From an uncultured virus (IMG/VR IMGVR_UViG_3300031851_000015) (Duplodnaviria; Heunggongvirae; Uroviricota; Caudoviricetes), in the IMG/VR virus record IMGVR_UViG_3300031851_000015: a stretch of DNA of 64,000 nucleotides; one strand, written 5' to 3'. Below the pieces are notes generated by a model, which searched no databases, had not been told where the DNA came from, and saw only the letters and a program-made list of their open reading frames with translations. The position numbers and the translations under genes are program-made. Positions 1-9,200 of this stretch are shown here, piece by piece; the first letter of the stretch is position 1; each line of letters opens with the position of its first letter.

Positions 1-49
1 CATTACGACAATTAAATAAATAGTAATAATTGTTAACATTATATCTTTC

Positions 50-96
50 AAAAAAAAAAAAAGTTTTATTAAACCCCCACCCCCGAAGGGGTGAGG
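50..96 (-). terminator. Rho-independent terminator (CACCCC-UUCG-GGGGUG stem, then a long U tract)
   Basis: Inverted repeat at 78-93 with a CGAA loop (UUCG on the minus strand) and an A run at 50-62, just downstream of the 106..357 gene. Confidence 0.8.
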
Positions 97-105
97 AAAA
101 ATTTA

Positions 106-357
106 TTATCCTTCTAAACGAGGATTAATTTTATCAAGTGTTTTAATCCAGTTACGGATTGATTTTACACAGCAACCTATTTCAAAGGCTACGCTATGGA
201 TATTTTCGCCGTTAACTACACGGCTTGCTGCAATTACACGATCGCCATTATTCCAACCTTTTGTTTTAGTTTTAAAGTAATAAGGTTGACCATGTTTAAT
301 CACGTAGTTGAAACTCTTTGTAAGTTCAGCGATAGTCGGTGTATTAGAAATAGTCAT
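106..357 (-). CDS. Small helix-turn-helix DNA-binding protein
   Basis: ATG at 357 with an AGGAGA RBS at 364-369; C-terminal ENIHSVAFEIGCCVKSIRNWIK resembles an HTH. Confidence 0.55.
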   Translation of the reverse strand: MTISNTPTIAELTKSFNYVIKHGQPYYFKTKTKGWNNGDRVIAASRVVNGENIHSVAFEIGCCVKSIRNWIKTLDKINPRLEG

Positions 358-491
358 TATAGTTCTCCTAGCTAGGGTTGATATCAGCTGTGCAGCTGAA
401 AAGACCCACTGCAAGCAATGGGCAAGTTAAACTACACAGGGAGGAGTTTCCATGAAACTCAAAATACTCTTCGAAAAGAGTATAAAGTCTT

Positions 492-677
492 TCACGTTGG
501 AGTATCAAAGTCACCTTGCATTTCTGCAATAGCATCAAAGATTTCTTCCATCTCAACTGTCGTATCAGGGCAGTCATCAGAATAGTCAACATAAGTATGT
601 GACCACTGTTCATCAATAGCTTTCACTAAGTTAGAGAAAGACATTGCTTCGTAGTATTCAGGTGTTTTTTTAGTCAT
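492..677 (-). CDS. Hypothetical acidic protein
   Basis: 61-aa ORF directly downstream of the 696-725 motif. Confidence 0.6.
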   Translation of the reverse strand: MTKKTPEYYEAMSFSNLVKAIDEQWSHTYVDYSDDCPDTTVEMEEIFDAIAEMQGDFDTPT

Positions 678-695
678 ATTTAACCCTTTATGGTA

Positions 696-725
696 TTCGT
701 TATAGATGCGTTATTTTTCTCACTT
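696..725 (-). promoter_or_regulatory. Class B putative promoter (AAGTGAGAAAAAYAACGCATCTATAAYGAA), copy 1
   Basis: 28/30 identical to 3201-3230; lies upstream of a minus-strand gene. Confidence 0.7.
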
Positions 726-1112
726 ATAGAAGATATGCTTACCAAGCTTAAACAACATAGTTTGATGTTTAGCCCAATAAGGTTTTACATAGTCTGCATG
801 ATAGTGAGTTGCGCCTTTTACGTCTAAGCTAATTTCATTATCAATAACCATTTGAGCAATCAATTGACTGTCCCTCCAAGCTATCCTATCAACCTTAGCT
901 TTAAATCTAGTAGGGTCATCATGTTTACCATCATGAGTCCAACTAAATTGTTTTTTATCCCAGACAACAGCACAAATATTGTCTGGGTGTTTTGGTGATT
1001 CAACACGGTTCATAGTAACTTCTGCGATAGCTACTTTCCCCATTAAATCTTCACCTCTACCTTCAAAGAAGATATTTAAAGCCAAACATGTGGCTGCTGC
1101 TGTAAGTAACAT
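720..1112 (-). CDS. Cell wall hydrolase, SleB/Hydrolase_2 family
   Basis: CLALNIFFEGRGE, V-MNRV, QFSW, GATHYHADYVKPYWA and GKHIFY motifs. Confidence 0.9.
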   Translation of the reverse strand: MLLTAAATCLALNIFFEGRGEDLMGKVAIAEVTMNRVESPKHPDNICAVVWDKKQFSWTHDGKHDDPTRFKAKVDRIAWRDSQLIAQMVIDNEISLDVKGATHYHADYVKPYWAKHQTMLFKLGKHIFYK

Positions 1113-1366
1113 TAGTCAATCATTCCTTTTTTGATTACTTCTTTACGTGTAAGCCAATTCATAAAGTTAAACAAATCTTCCATGCCCTCTAGCATTGTAG
1201 GGTTTGCCCAATTAGCTTGACCTTTGTTGTGCCATGAAACTTCAAACCAAGGTTCAAAAGTCCAAGAACATTTTACTACCGATATTTCGATATCATCAAA
1301 ATCTAGCAGGATTTGTTCATGGACGTCTCCCTCCATGACGGTAAAAAATTCATTAAACTCAGCCAT
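1112..1366 (-). CDS. Hypothetical protein
   Basis: 84-aa ORF with an AGGAG RBS, coupled to the downstream gene. Confidence 0.6.
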   Translation of the reverse strand: MAEFNEFFTVMEGDVHEQILLDFDDIEISVVKCSWTFEPWFEVSWHNKGQANWANPTMLEGMEDLFNFMNWLTRKEVIKKGMID

Positions 1367-1378
1367 GCTCTTGCTCCT

Positions 1379-1777
1379 TTAGCCGCCAGCGATTTCATTC
1401 CATATTCGTTTGTCCTTGTGCATAGTATAGCCTTCAGGACGGTAAAAGTTTTCCATATCTAAGGCTTCTTTGCGAGAAAGACCTTTATGTAGTACTTTTA
1501 AACCTATTTGTTCTTTTCTCCAAAACTTTTCTAACATTTGAAGAACAAATCTTTTCTTAGATCTAAGCCCTAAATTTACTTCACGTAACTCTAGTATATA
1601 ACGCTGAATAATATCATCATCAGTGTTATAAGGGCAAATACCTACATAGCCCCAACGAGGGCTTTTCCCATACCAACCTTGTGTGTTGCCAGTATAGAAA
1701 AAATGATATACTTTGTAATCTTTAGTTTTACAAGTTTCGTGATGAATTCGCATTTTATCAGAATACCATTTAGCCAT
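1379..1777 (-). CDS. GIY-YIG-like nuclease
   Basis: KVY...YVG motif pair, EALDME helix and terminal WNEIAGG; ATG at 1777 with a GAAAGGA RBS. Confidence 0.55.
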   Translation of the reverse strand: MAKWYSDKMRIHHETCKTKDYKVYHFFYTGNTQGWYGKSPRWGYVGICPYNTDDDIIQRYILELREVNLGLRSKKRFVLQMLEKFWRKEQIGLKVLHKGLSRKEALDMENFYRPEGYTMHKDKRIWNEIAGG

Positions 1778-1889
1778 TAAATATCCTTTCCCAAATATAA
1801 ACAAAAGGTGCTATAACAATTCCAAGAATTATAAAAAACACAATAACCAAGATAGTAAAAAGAAAATAGAAAAACAAAAACTCAACCAT
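1770..1889 (-). CDS. Small membrane protein (39 aa; not in the ORF track)
   Basis: MVEFLFFYFLFTILVIVFFIILGIVIAPFVYIWERIFNG; fills the gap and overlaps both neighbours. Confidence 0.55.
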   Translation of the reverse strand: MVEFLFFYFLFTILVIVFFIILGIVIAPFVYIWERIFNG

Positions 1890-2079
1890 TTTCTTTTTCC
1901 TCTTCAGTGCGAAAGTATTGAACTAATCTTAACTCATCAAGCTTAGAACGATATTTAGAAACAGAATCATACGCATCTGTGTATTCTATTTTATCTTTCC
2001 AATGTTCTATTTCTTGCAAGATATCTTCATCAGACCAAGGTTGATAAACAGCTAACAAATGTTTTCTCCAACTTTCCAT
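1882..2079 (-). CDS. Hypothetical protein
   Basis: 65-aa ORF with a GGAGG RBS. Confidence 0.6.
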   Translation of the reverse strand: MESWRKHLLAVYQPWSDEDILQEIEHWKDKIEYTDAYDSVSKYRSKLDELRLVQYFRTEEEKENG

Positions 2080-2433
2080 TTATACCTCCATCGCAGATTC
2101 AATTTCAACAATAGTTTTCTTATCGCCACCCGTAAAGGTGACGTAAGAATCATCTTCTGCCCAACAATGCAGATAAGACTCAAAAAAGTCTTTAGTAGGT
2201 TTGTATTCAGTAAATGTACCATGAATACTATCACCTTTACACAAACTTTGCACAGTCACTAAATGAGGAGGCACCTCATCAAAGACTAAGCATACTACCG
2301 CACCCTTAGAGTACATAGCAGCTTTTTCATATGACTCACACCAATGAGTTACGGAACGTACTTGTTTACCCTCAAGCAATTGTTGAGCCTCGGCACGAGT
2401 TGTGCCTCTATATAGTCTTAAAACAACAGTCAT
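2080..2433 (-). CDS. Putative ADP-ribosyltransferase-fold protein
   Basis: N-terminal LYRG strand, central THW-ES--KAA-Y segment and distal FTEY resemble the ART R-S-E layout. Confidence 0.4.
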   Translation of the reverse strand: MTVVLRLYRGTTRAEAQQLLEGKQVRSVTHWCESYEKAAMYSKGAVVCLVFDEVPPHLVTVQSLCKGDSIHGTFTEYKPTKDFFESYLHCWAEDDSYVTFTGGDKKTIVEIESAMEV

Positions 2434-2723
2434 GTTTTTCTCCTCTTGGTTGACGTTGTAAGTAAAGATGAAATAGCTCGAAATAATTCAGGCAAAAACA
2501 AACCTGTTATTACAAAACCATTTATAAATTCCATATCAGCATATTCTTCTGAAAAATGGAAATAATAAGCAATTGCTGCTACCCCAAGAACCGAAGGTAA
2601 TGCAGGTAGTTTTATATTAAAAGGTTTTCCAATAGTAAGCTGGAAGACTATTATAAATAAAAATCTTAAAGCAAAACCAAATAGAATTGCCCAAATGATT
2701 TCGTTTTCAAAGAAAGCTTGCAT
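2430..2723 (-). CDS. Membrane protein (about 3 TM segments)
   Basis: Hydrophobic segments; GAGGAG RBS. Confidence 0.6.
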   Translation of the reverse strand: MQAFFENEIIWAILFGFALRFLFIIVFQLTIGKPFNIKLPALPSVLGVAAIAYYFHFSEEYADMEFINGFVITGLFLPELFRAISSLLTTSTKRRKT

Positions 2724-2753
2724 TGTTTAACTCCTCGTTAAAAGCCCGTAGAA

Positions 2754-2773
2754 TAGGCGACCGAAGCCGCCTA
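2754..2773 (-). terminator. UUCG hairpin, probable weak terminator or processing site
   Basis: TAGGCGGC-TTCG-GTCGCCTA on the minus strand. Confidence 0.55.
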
Positions 2774-2783
2774 CTTTCAAATA

Positions 2784-3155
2784 TTAAACTTCACTATTTT
2801 CATTATAGAAATAGTTAGCAAATTTCCGCTCAAGCTCAGACGCTAAGTTTGAAGCAGATGCGTAAGTATCATATACAAACTCAGAAGTGTTTTCTGCAAC
2901 ATCGTACTCGTCAAAAACATAACACGTACCGTCTACGGCTAAAAGACTACCGCCAACAACTGCGCCAGTAACTGCGCCGTTAACAACTGCAATAGCAGGA
3001 TTTCCGGTAGCTACTAAGGCAATGCCACCAGATAACACAGCTGAACTTTTAACAGAGCCAGCAATGTCAACCCTTTCAACCCAGCTGCATATTCCAGCAG
3101 ACGCGGCAGTAGTAAGTGCAATAGTAGTAATGATAGATGCGATAAAAGTTTTCAT
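2784..3155 (-). CDS. Exported protein with a glycine-zipper-like hydrophobic region
   Basis: Signal peptide MKTFIASIITTIALTTAASA; GAVTGAVVGG repeats; first gene after the 3201-3230 motif. Confidence 0.6.
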   Translation of the reverse strand: MKTFIASIITTIALTTAASAGICSWVERVDIAGSVKSSAVLSGGIALVATGNPAIAVVNGAVTGAVVGGSLLAVDGTCYVFDEYDVAENTSEFVYDTYASASNLASELERKFANYFYNENSEV

Positions 3156-3200
3156 TTGGATTTCCTCTCTGGTTTCCACTTGGTTTACTGAACTTATTAG

Positions 3201-3230
3201 TTCATTATAGATGCGTTGTTTTTCTCACTT
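3201..3230 (-). promoter_or_regulatory. Class B putative promoter, copy 2
   Basis: Near-identical to 696-725; sits immediately after the tape-measure terminator, at the head of the small-gene block. Confidence 0.7.
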
Positions 3231-3250
3231 TTTTAGCTGACTTTTTTGAT

Positions 3251-3276
3251 AAAAAAGGCCACTCCGAAGAGTGACC
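3251..3276 (-). terminator. Rho-independent terminator ending the structural operon
   Basis: GGTCACTC-TTCG-GAGTGGCC-TTTTTT just after the TMP stop codon. Confidence 0.85.
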
Positions 3277-3282
3277 CTATAG

Positions 3283-6200
3283 TTATCTACCTTTGTAGTT
3301 ATTTTCTTTGTTGGTTGCATTAACCCCTGCAGAAATAGTAGGTAGCATTTTAATAATTTCTTGTCTTGTTTGGCGAGATACGTCACCACTAATTGACAAG
3401 TTAACTACGTTTTGTTGTTTGCTAGTATTGTCTTGATATGCCTTAACTTTATTAGCTGGAACTACTAATTCTCCTGGAGTTAGCATTGCAGGAACGCTAT
3501 CAACTCCTGCTTTAGAATAAGGAGTTGAAGGTACTATACCTCCGTTATTAAGTCCAAACAAACTTAGTCCTGTAGAAATTAAACTCATCCAGCCGCCACC
3601 TGCACCGCCTGAACCACCTGAACCGCCCATGCCCCCAAGGAGACTACTAATACTAGATGACAAATTTTCACTAAGACCACTAAAGAAAGGACCAATACTA
3701 CTTATTATATTGCCTAAACCTCCCCCTTCACCAGTACCACTAGTTATTTTTGAAATACCAGTTTTAATAGAGTTAATCATACCACCAAGAAGACCACCTT
3801 CACCAAATAAGGGAGAAGTAAGCTCTTCGCCTTCTTTAGCCATAGGAGAAGCTTTACCACCAAATTTAGATGCACCGCCGCCTAATTGTTGTAGTTGACC
3901 CATCATGCCTGTAGAAGTATATTCTCCAGATTCATCTTTTTCCATAGTACCAAACAAGCTATCAGTAAAACCTTGACTAAAAGAATTTAACCAATTAGTA
4001 GTAAAACTATCTATTAAGTCAATTTCCATAAAGTCGCCAGTGTTTAAAGCTGTTCTAAACCCATTTGCAAAGTCTTGTTTAATACCTTCAGCAAAAGTTG
4101 CCCCAGATGCTAACTCTTTAGCAGATAATGCATTTGCCTTTTTCTTTACTTCGTTTGACTTTTCTGTAATAGTAGTTTCTTGATTTATTAAATTATTTCT
4201 TTCAGCTTGTAAAGGAATTATTCTTTCATGTAAAACAAACATTTTAAGATCTTGAGCTTGTTCTAACACTTTTTGATCAGTATTAGTTTTAAGTGCTAAT
4301 TCTGCTTCTGCAAGTGTTAAACGAAATCTATACAATTGGTTATCTATTTCTTTTACTGCTTGTTGTACAGCTTTAGTTGCTTTTACACTTTGCAACGGAG
4401 TATCAACGGTATTAGCTTGTCGAGTTACTACGCCGCCTATACTTGCTCTACCTGAAGGATTACCCCCTGCAAATCCTGCAACCATTCCGCTATTAATAGC
4501 TTCAAGTATAGGTCTAAACTTAGAAGTTTGTTTTGCATTTACAACAAATTCTTTATTAGAAAGCATAGCAGGAATTTTGTCGTCAGTAGGACCACCTTCA
4601 CCTGTTACATACCCCCCTGTAGCAAACTTTTTAATGCGATTTTTTTTATCAAAGTAATCAAAAATAAAACTATTATTTTTAAACAACATTGAATTAACCG
4701 CATCTGCTCCGGTTTCAATAGCCCTACCTACAGAATTTTTAGGCATTTCTTTTGTTAATTGTCTTTTTGAATTAATTACTTTTTCTATAAAATCTTCATA
4801 ATTATCAACACCAAAAATTGAAACAGCTTTATTCATTAAATCATCATCCAATGTTTTATGTAAAGCCAAAATATAACTACCATGAGACTTAGAAATACTA
4901 TCATTTAAAACATCAGGGGGAGCAATAGACAGATCTTTTGCAAATAAATTTGCCCTTGTTTCACCACTTAGTACGTCACCTTTGTTATCAATCATAGCCA
5001 TCATGTCTGTATAATAACTATAAAGTTGTCCTTTATAAAATCCAGGTTCATAAGTGCTACCGCTTTTATCCCAATGTCCTGGATTTTTTATTGACATTCC
5101 TAAAAAGTCTAAAGCGTGTTTAGTTTCATGCAAACCAATATTATAACTAGTAAAGAAATCATAAAGACTATTAGTGTCTTCTAATTTTTTTGTATGCATT
5201 TCCATTAGAGGAATAGGAATACCAAAATCATCTGGATAACCAACACCCTCACCAATAGTTAACATACTACTCCATGGATTTGAAACACCAAAATCATAGA
5301 AAAATCCGCCTTCGTCATTTTCAAATCTATCAGCTATCTTATTTTTATAAACATCTAATTGTTTTTGAAATGCAGATCTTTTATAACCACTAACTTGCTC
5401 TATTGATTCATCATTAAAAGGAAGACTATCTAATATTGGTTTTGACTTGTCAAATCCTCCTCCATCAGGTGTTGCTCTGAGTGAAAGTTTATCTTTAATT
5501 CTTTCAAACGCAGACCTTTGATCAAATGGCCCCATTCTTGGAGGTAAATCTTCTCCTTGCATATGAGGAGGTAAAAGATTTTTATCTATTTTAGTTGGGT
5601 TAAATAAGCCATTACCTATGTAATGATCCAACATACCTTTAAAGAAAAAACCTGTTGCACCAATTCCTCCATATTTAAATGTATTCATAAATTGATCAAA
5701 AAGTCTTCTACGGTTTATTAAACTATAAAGCTCTCTAGTAGCACCAACCATAGGTCCAAAAAGTCCACCTAATCCTTTTGCAGATTTTTTAGGAGAAAAA
5801 GTACCTATGCCTGTTGCAAGATCCCACGCACCTTTTCCCATTCTATTAACGCCTTTACCAAATTTTATAGGCAAATCTGCGTAAGTTTTAATAGATCCAA
5901 AAGCTCCTCCGTAAACAGCTCCTAATATTGCTTCATTTGCACCATTAGCAATTGCTTTGTCAAGCTCAAAATCCCAATCAATTAATCCAAAAGGTTCTTT
6001 AACATTTTCATTAATCCAAGGTTCAAGATTGTCTTTTTTAACCCTACTATGATACATGTTTTTTATTATAGGAGTACCTCGTTGCTGCGTTTGATGAGCG
6101 AGATAAGTTAATCCTTTGTAGCCTGCTTGTGCTATTAATTTAGTAGAATCCCATGCAAATTGAGGCCATTCTATAGCTGTCTCAGGGAATTCAGGAACAG

Positions 6201-9200
6201 AAATACCTACGTGTTCTAACAATTCACCTAATTTAGGAAAAATTTCTTCAGGCTTATCAATGGCCCATTTAAGCGATTCCATAACACCTGTCATTCTTGA
6301 ATAGTTTTCAACATCTGATAATGTCTTAATACCAGTTGTATCTATTATATCTATAGCCGTAGTAGGGTTGCCTAAAGGTGCATCTGCAAGATGTGAAAGT
6401 CCCATACCCTCTAATACGTTTGGAATTTGATCAGAGGGTAATCCATTATTTTCAAAAAATTGAGTAAGACTAGTATTTTGCAAGTCATTAGCTTTTACAA
6501 AAGAATCAAATTTATCAAGAGCTAATAATGATGAATCACTTAATCCTCCTGAAAGTCCTCCTGTTATTTCAGGTAAAGAGCCAGCTAACCCACCTCCGCT
6601 TTTAAATTGAGGCATTTGACCTTTATTTAAGGCGTCCATAAAACTAGGACCAAACTTTTTAACTGCAGAAGCTTGTACTACATACTCTCCATTAGACAAC
6701 ATGTGGGGTATTTTGTCATCTTTAGGACCACCTGCTCCTGTAATTATACCTCCTGATGATTTATAAAAATCTTTATAATAGCCATAAAAAGGGTTCTGTT
6801 TATTCATTTGAGGAGGTAAAGAAATATCAAGATTTTCTGGTTTAATAGTACTTTGTAAAGTTCCTATTGCATCACTTAAACGCTTAATATCTGCTGCTGT
6901 ATTTGAAACCAACATTCCATTACGGAGTATATCGGCTCTAACTCTTTCTTGTTGTATTTTATTTGCAGTAAGTAAACCTTCGTTTCCAATAGGATTTTGT
7001 TTTAGTTCGCTTTCAATATCTACAAGACGTTGTAATCTTTGTTCTGCAGTTTCAAACAAATTTTGGTATCGAGTTAATTCTTTTTCTGCAACTCCAAGCT
7101 CACCTTGTTTTAATCTAATAGTACTTTTTGTAGCTTCTTGAGCTTCAACTGAATCAGCTACCGCTTTTGGATCTCCACCTGTATAATCTTCACCAAATAT
7201 AGCACCACGAAATCCTGCATAAATCTCTCTACCTAAGTCTTGAAAGGCTGATCTTATTTCAGAACTGATAAACAATTCATAAATAGACCCAGCAATTCCT
7301 GCTCCAATTACTGCATAAGGGTTTTTAATACCTGAAGTAAAAGCAATACCAGCACCTTTTGCAAAACCTATTGAAGTTTTTCTAATAATTTGAGAAAGAA
7401 TACTATCAGCTGCTGTTTCATCTAGCCCAAGTTTTATTTGACCTTCTTTTATAAATTCATCAGCGCCTGAAAATATAAAGTCTAAAGTAAAAGCAGCACC
7501 AAGACCTTTTAAAAACATTTTACCAAACTTTTTACCTTGCTCGGCTATTTTTGAACTATCTGACGCAATAACACCTAAAGTTAAACCTTCAAGTAATGCA
7601 AAAGCTACTGAATTTTTAGTAAACATATTACTTAATAAATGTAGTCCAAGCCCTATTATAGCACCAAGGCCACGGCCCGATGCAATAAATAAAGGAACAG
7701 CTATTGCTAAAGCGCCAGCAAAAGCATTAATAAAATTATTATTAAATTCTGTACCTTCAAACAAACCAGAAATAATACCTTTCCCAAGTGACGAAAGAAA
7801 AGCACTAATATTATTAACTATTTTCGAAGATCCTTCTTGATCTACGCCTAAAAAAGCTTCTTGAAGACTATCTACAATACCTTTAGAAAATTCTTCTATT
7901 TCTTTTTGTCTTTCAGGATCATCCGCAACGCCTTTCATAAAAGCTTGATAACTTCCAAAAGTTAAAAGAACAGGAAGACCTCTACTAAATGCGCCTTGTA
8001 CAACGCTAACTAAAGCAAGACCAGCACCAATAGCAGCAAGTTGTAAGGCTGCAGCAGTAGTTTCTGGAAATACTATTGCAAGACCTACACCAGTAGCAGC
8101 TGCTGCAAGCAGCCCTTTATTTTCATCTAAAAAGTCAAAACTATTTTGTAAAATACCTGGAGTTTTTACGCTAACTCCCGCTTCTATAAATACTTCTTTT
8201 CCAAAAACAGAATCTTCTATTTTTTTAATTTGATCGTTTATTTGTCGAGAAAGATCTGTATTAGCCTCTGGTATTAATCCTTTAATAAAATCTTTTGAAG
8301 ATGCAGCTTTTGCGTTTAAATCAAGAATTTTTGTTATTTCATCGTAATAACCTTTAAACGCTGTTGTTGACTTTTTTAAAATAGGCTCATAGCCACCTAA
8401 TCCGTCTACAGTTGCAGCAATTGAACTAGATACATTAGTTATTGCTTCCCCGATACTATTAAATAAAGGTGTAACGGTGTCTCTTAAACTTAAAATTAAA
8501 CTTATAACACTACCACTAAATTTAGTTAAGCCATTTAAAAATTTGTCTAATATTCCTTCATCATTTTCAATTTCCTTAGCATTAAGAGAAATTGGAACAA
8601 GTAAAGATTGAGATTGTGTTGGTTTTTTATCAAATAACGCTGAATACAATTCTTTAATATTTTCTACAAAGGTTTTAAGTGCTGTGCTTACTTTTGTAAA
8701 ATTTTCTTCAAATTTAGGAGGTAATTCAAATTGCCCAAAGAAAGAAGAAAAATCAAATTGTTTTGTATTTTTGTCGTAAAAGCCTTCAAAGGTGATTATA
8801 CCTTTAGCTTGTTCTAAAAAGTTATTAAAATTAGTTTTAAGATTTTCTGCTGCAGCAGCAGGATCAAATTTTACAGTAAAAATATTAGTTAATGGCTCAA
8901 ATGTTTTCTTAATATCACTAATAAATATTGCTGCTCTTAATTTATATAGCCTAAAAGTTACTTCAGCATTGTCTGTAAAATATTTTAAGCCTTTAGTAAT
9001 AGATTCAATTCCTGTAATAACTGCATTAGACCAGCCAGTATTTTTTGAAATTAAATTTAATGCACTTAATAATTGAAACCTTAAAGCATTACTTACTGAG
9101 TCTACTGTTTTCTCAATCAAAGTAAATTCTTGAGCAATTTCTGGAGCAGCTTTTTGAATAGCTTTTAATACGGCTTCAGTTGTTAGCTTACCTTCTGCAG

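Noticed and set aside
368..616. 82-aa minus-strand ORF
   Set aside because: Overlaps the better-supported 492..677 gene in another frame and runs through the hairpin array
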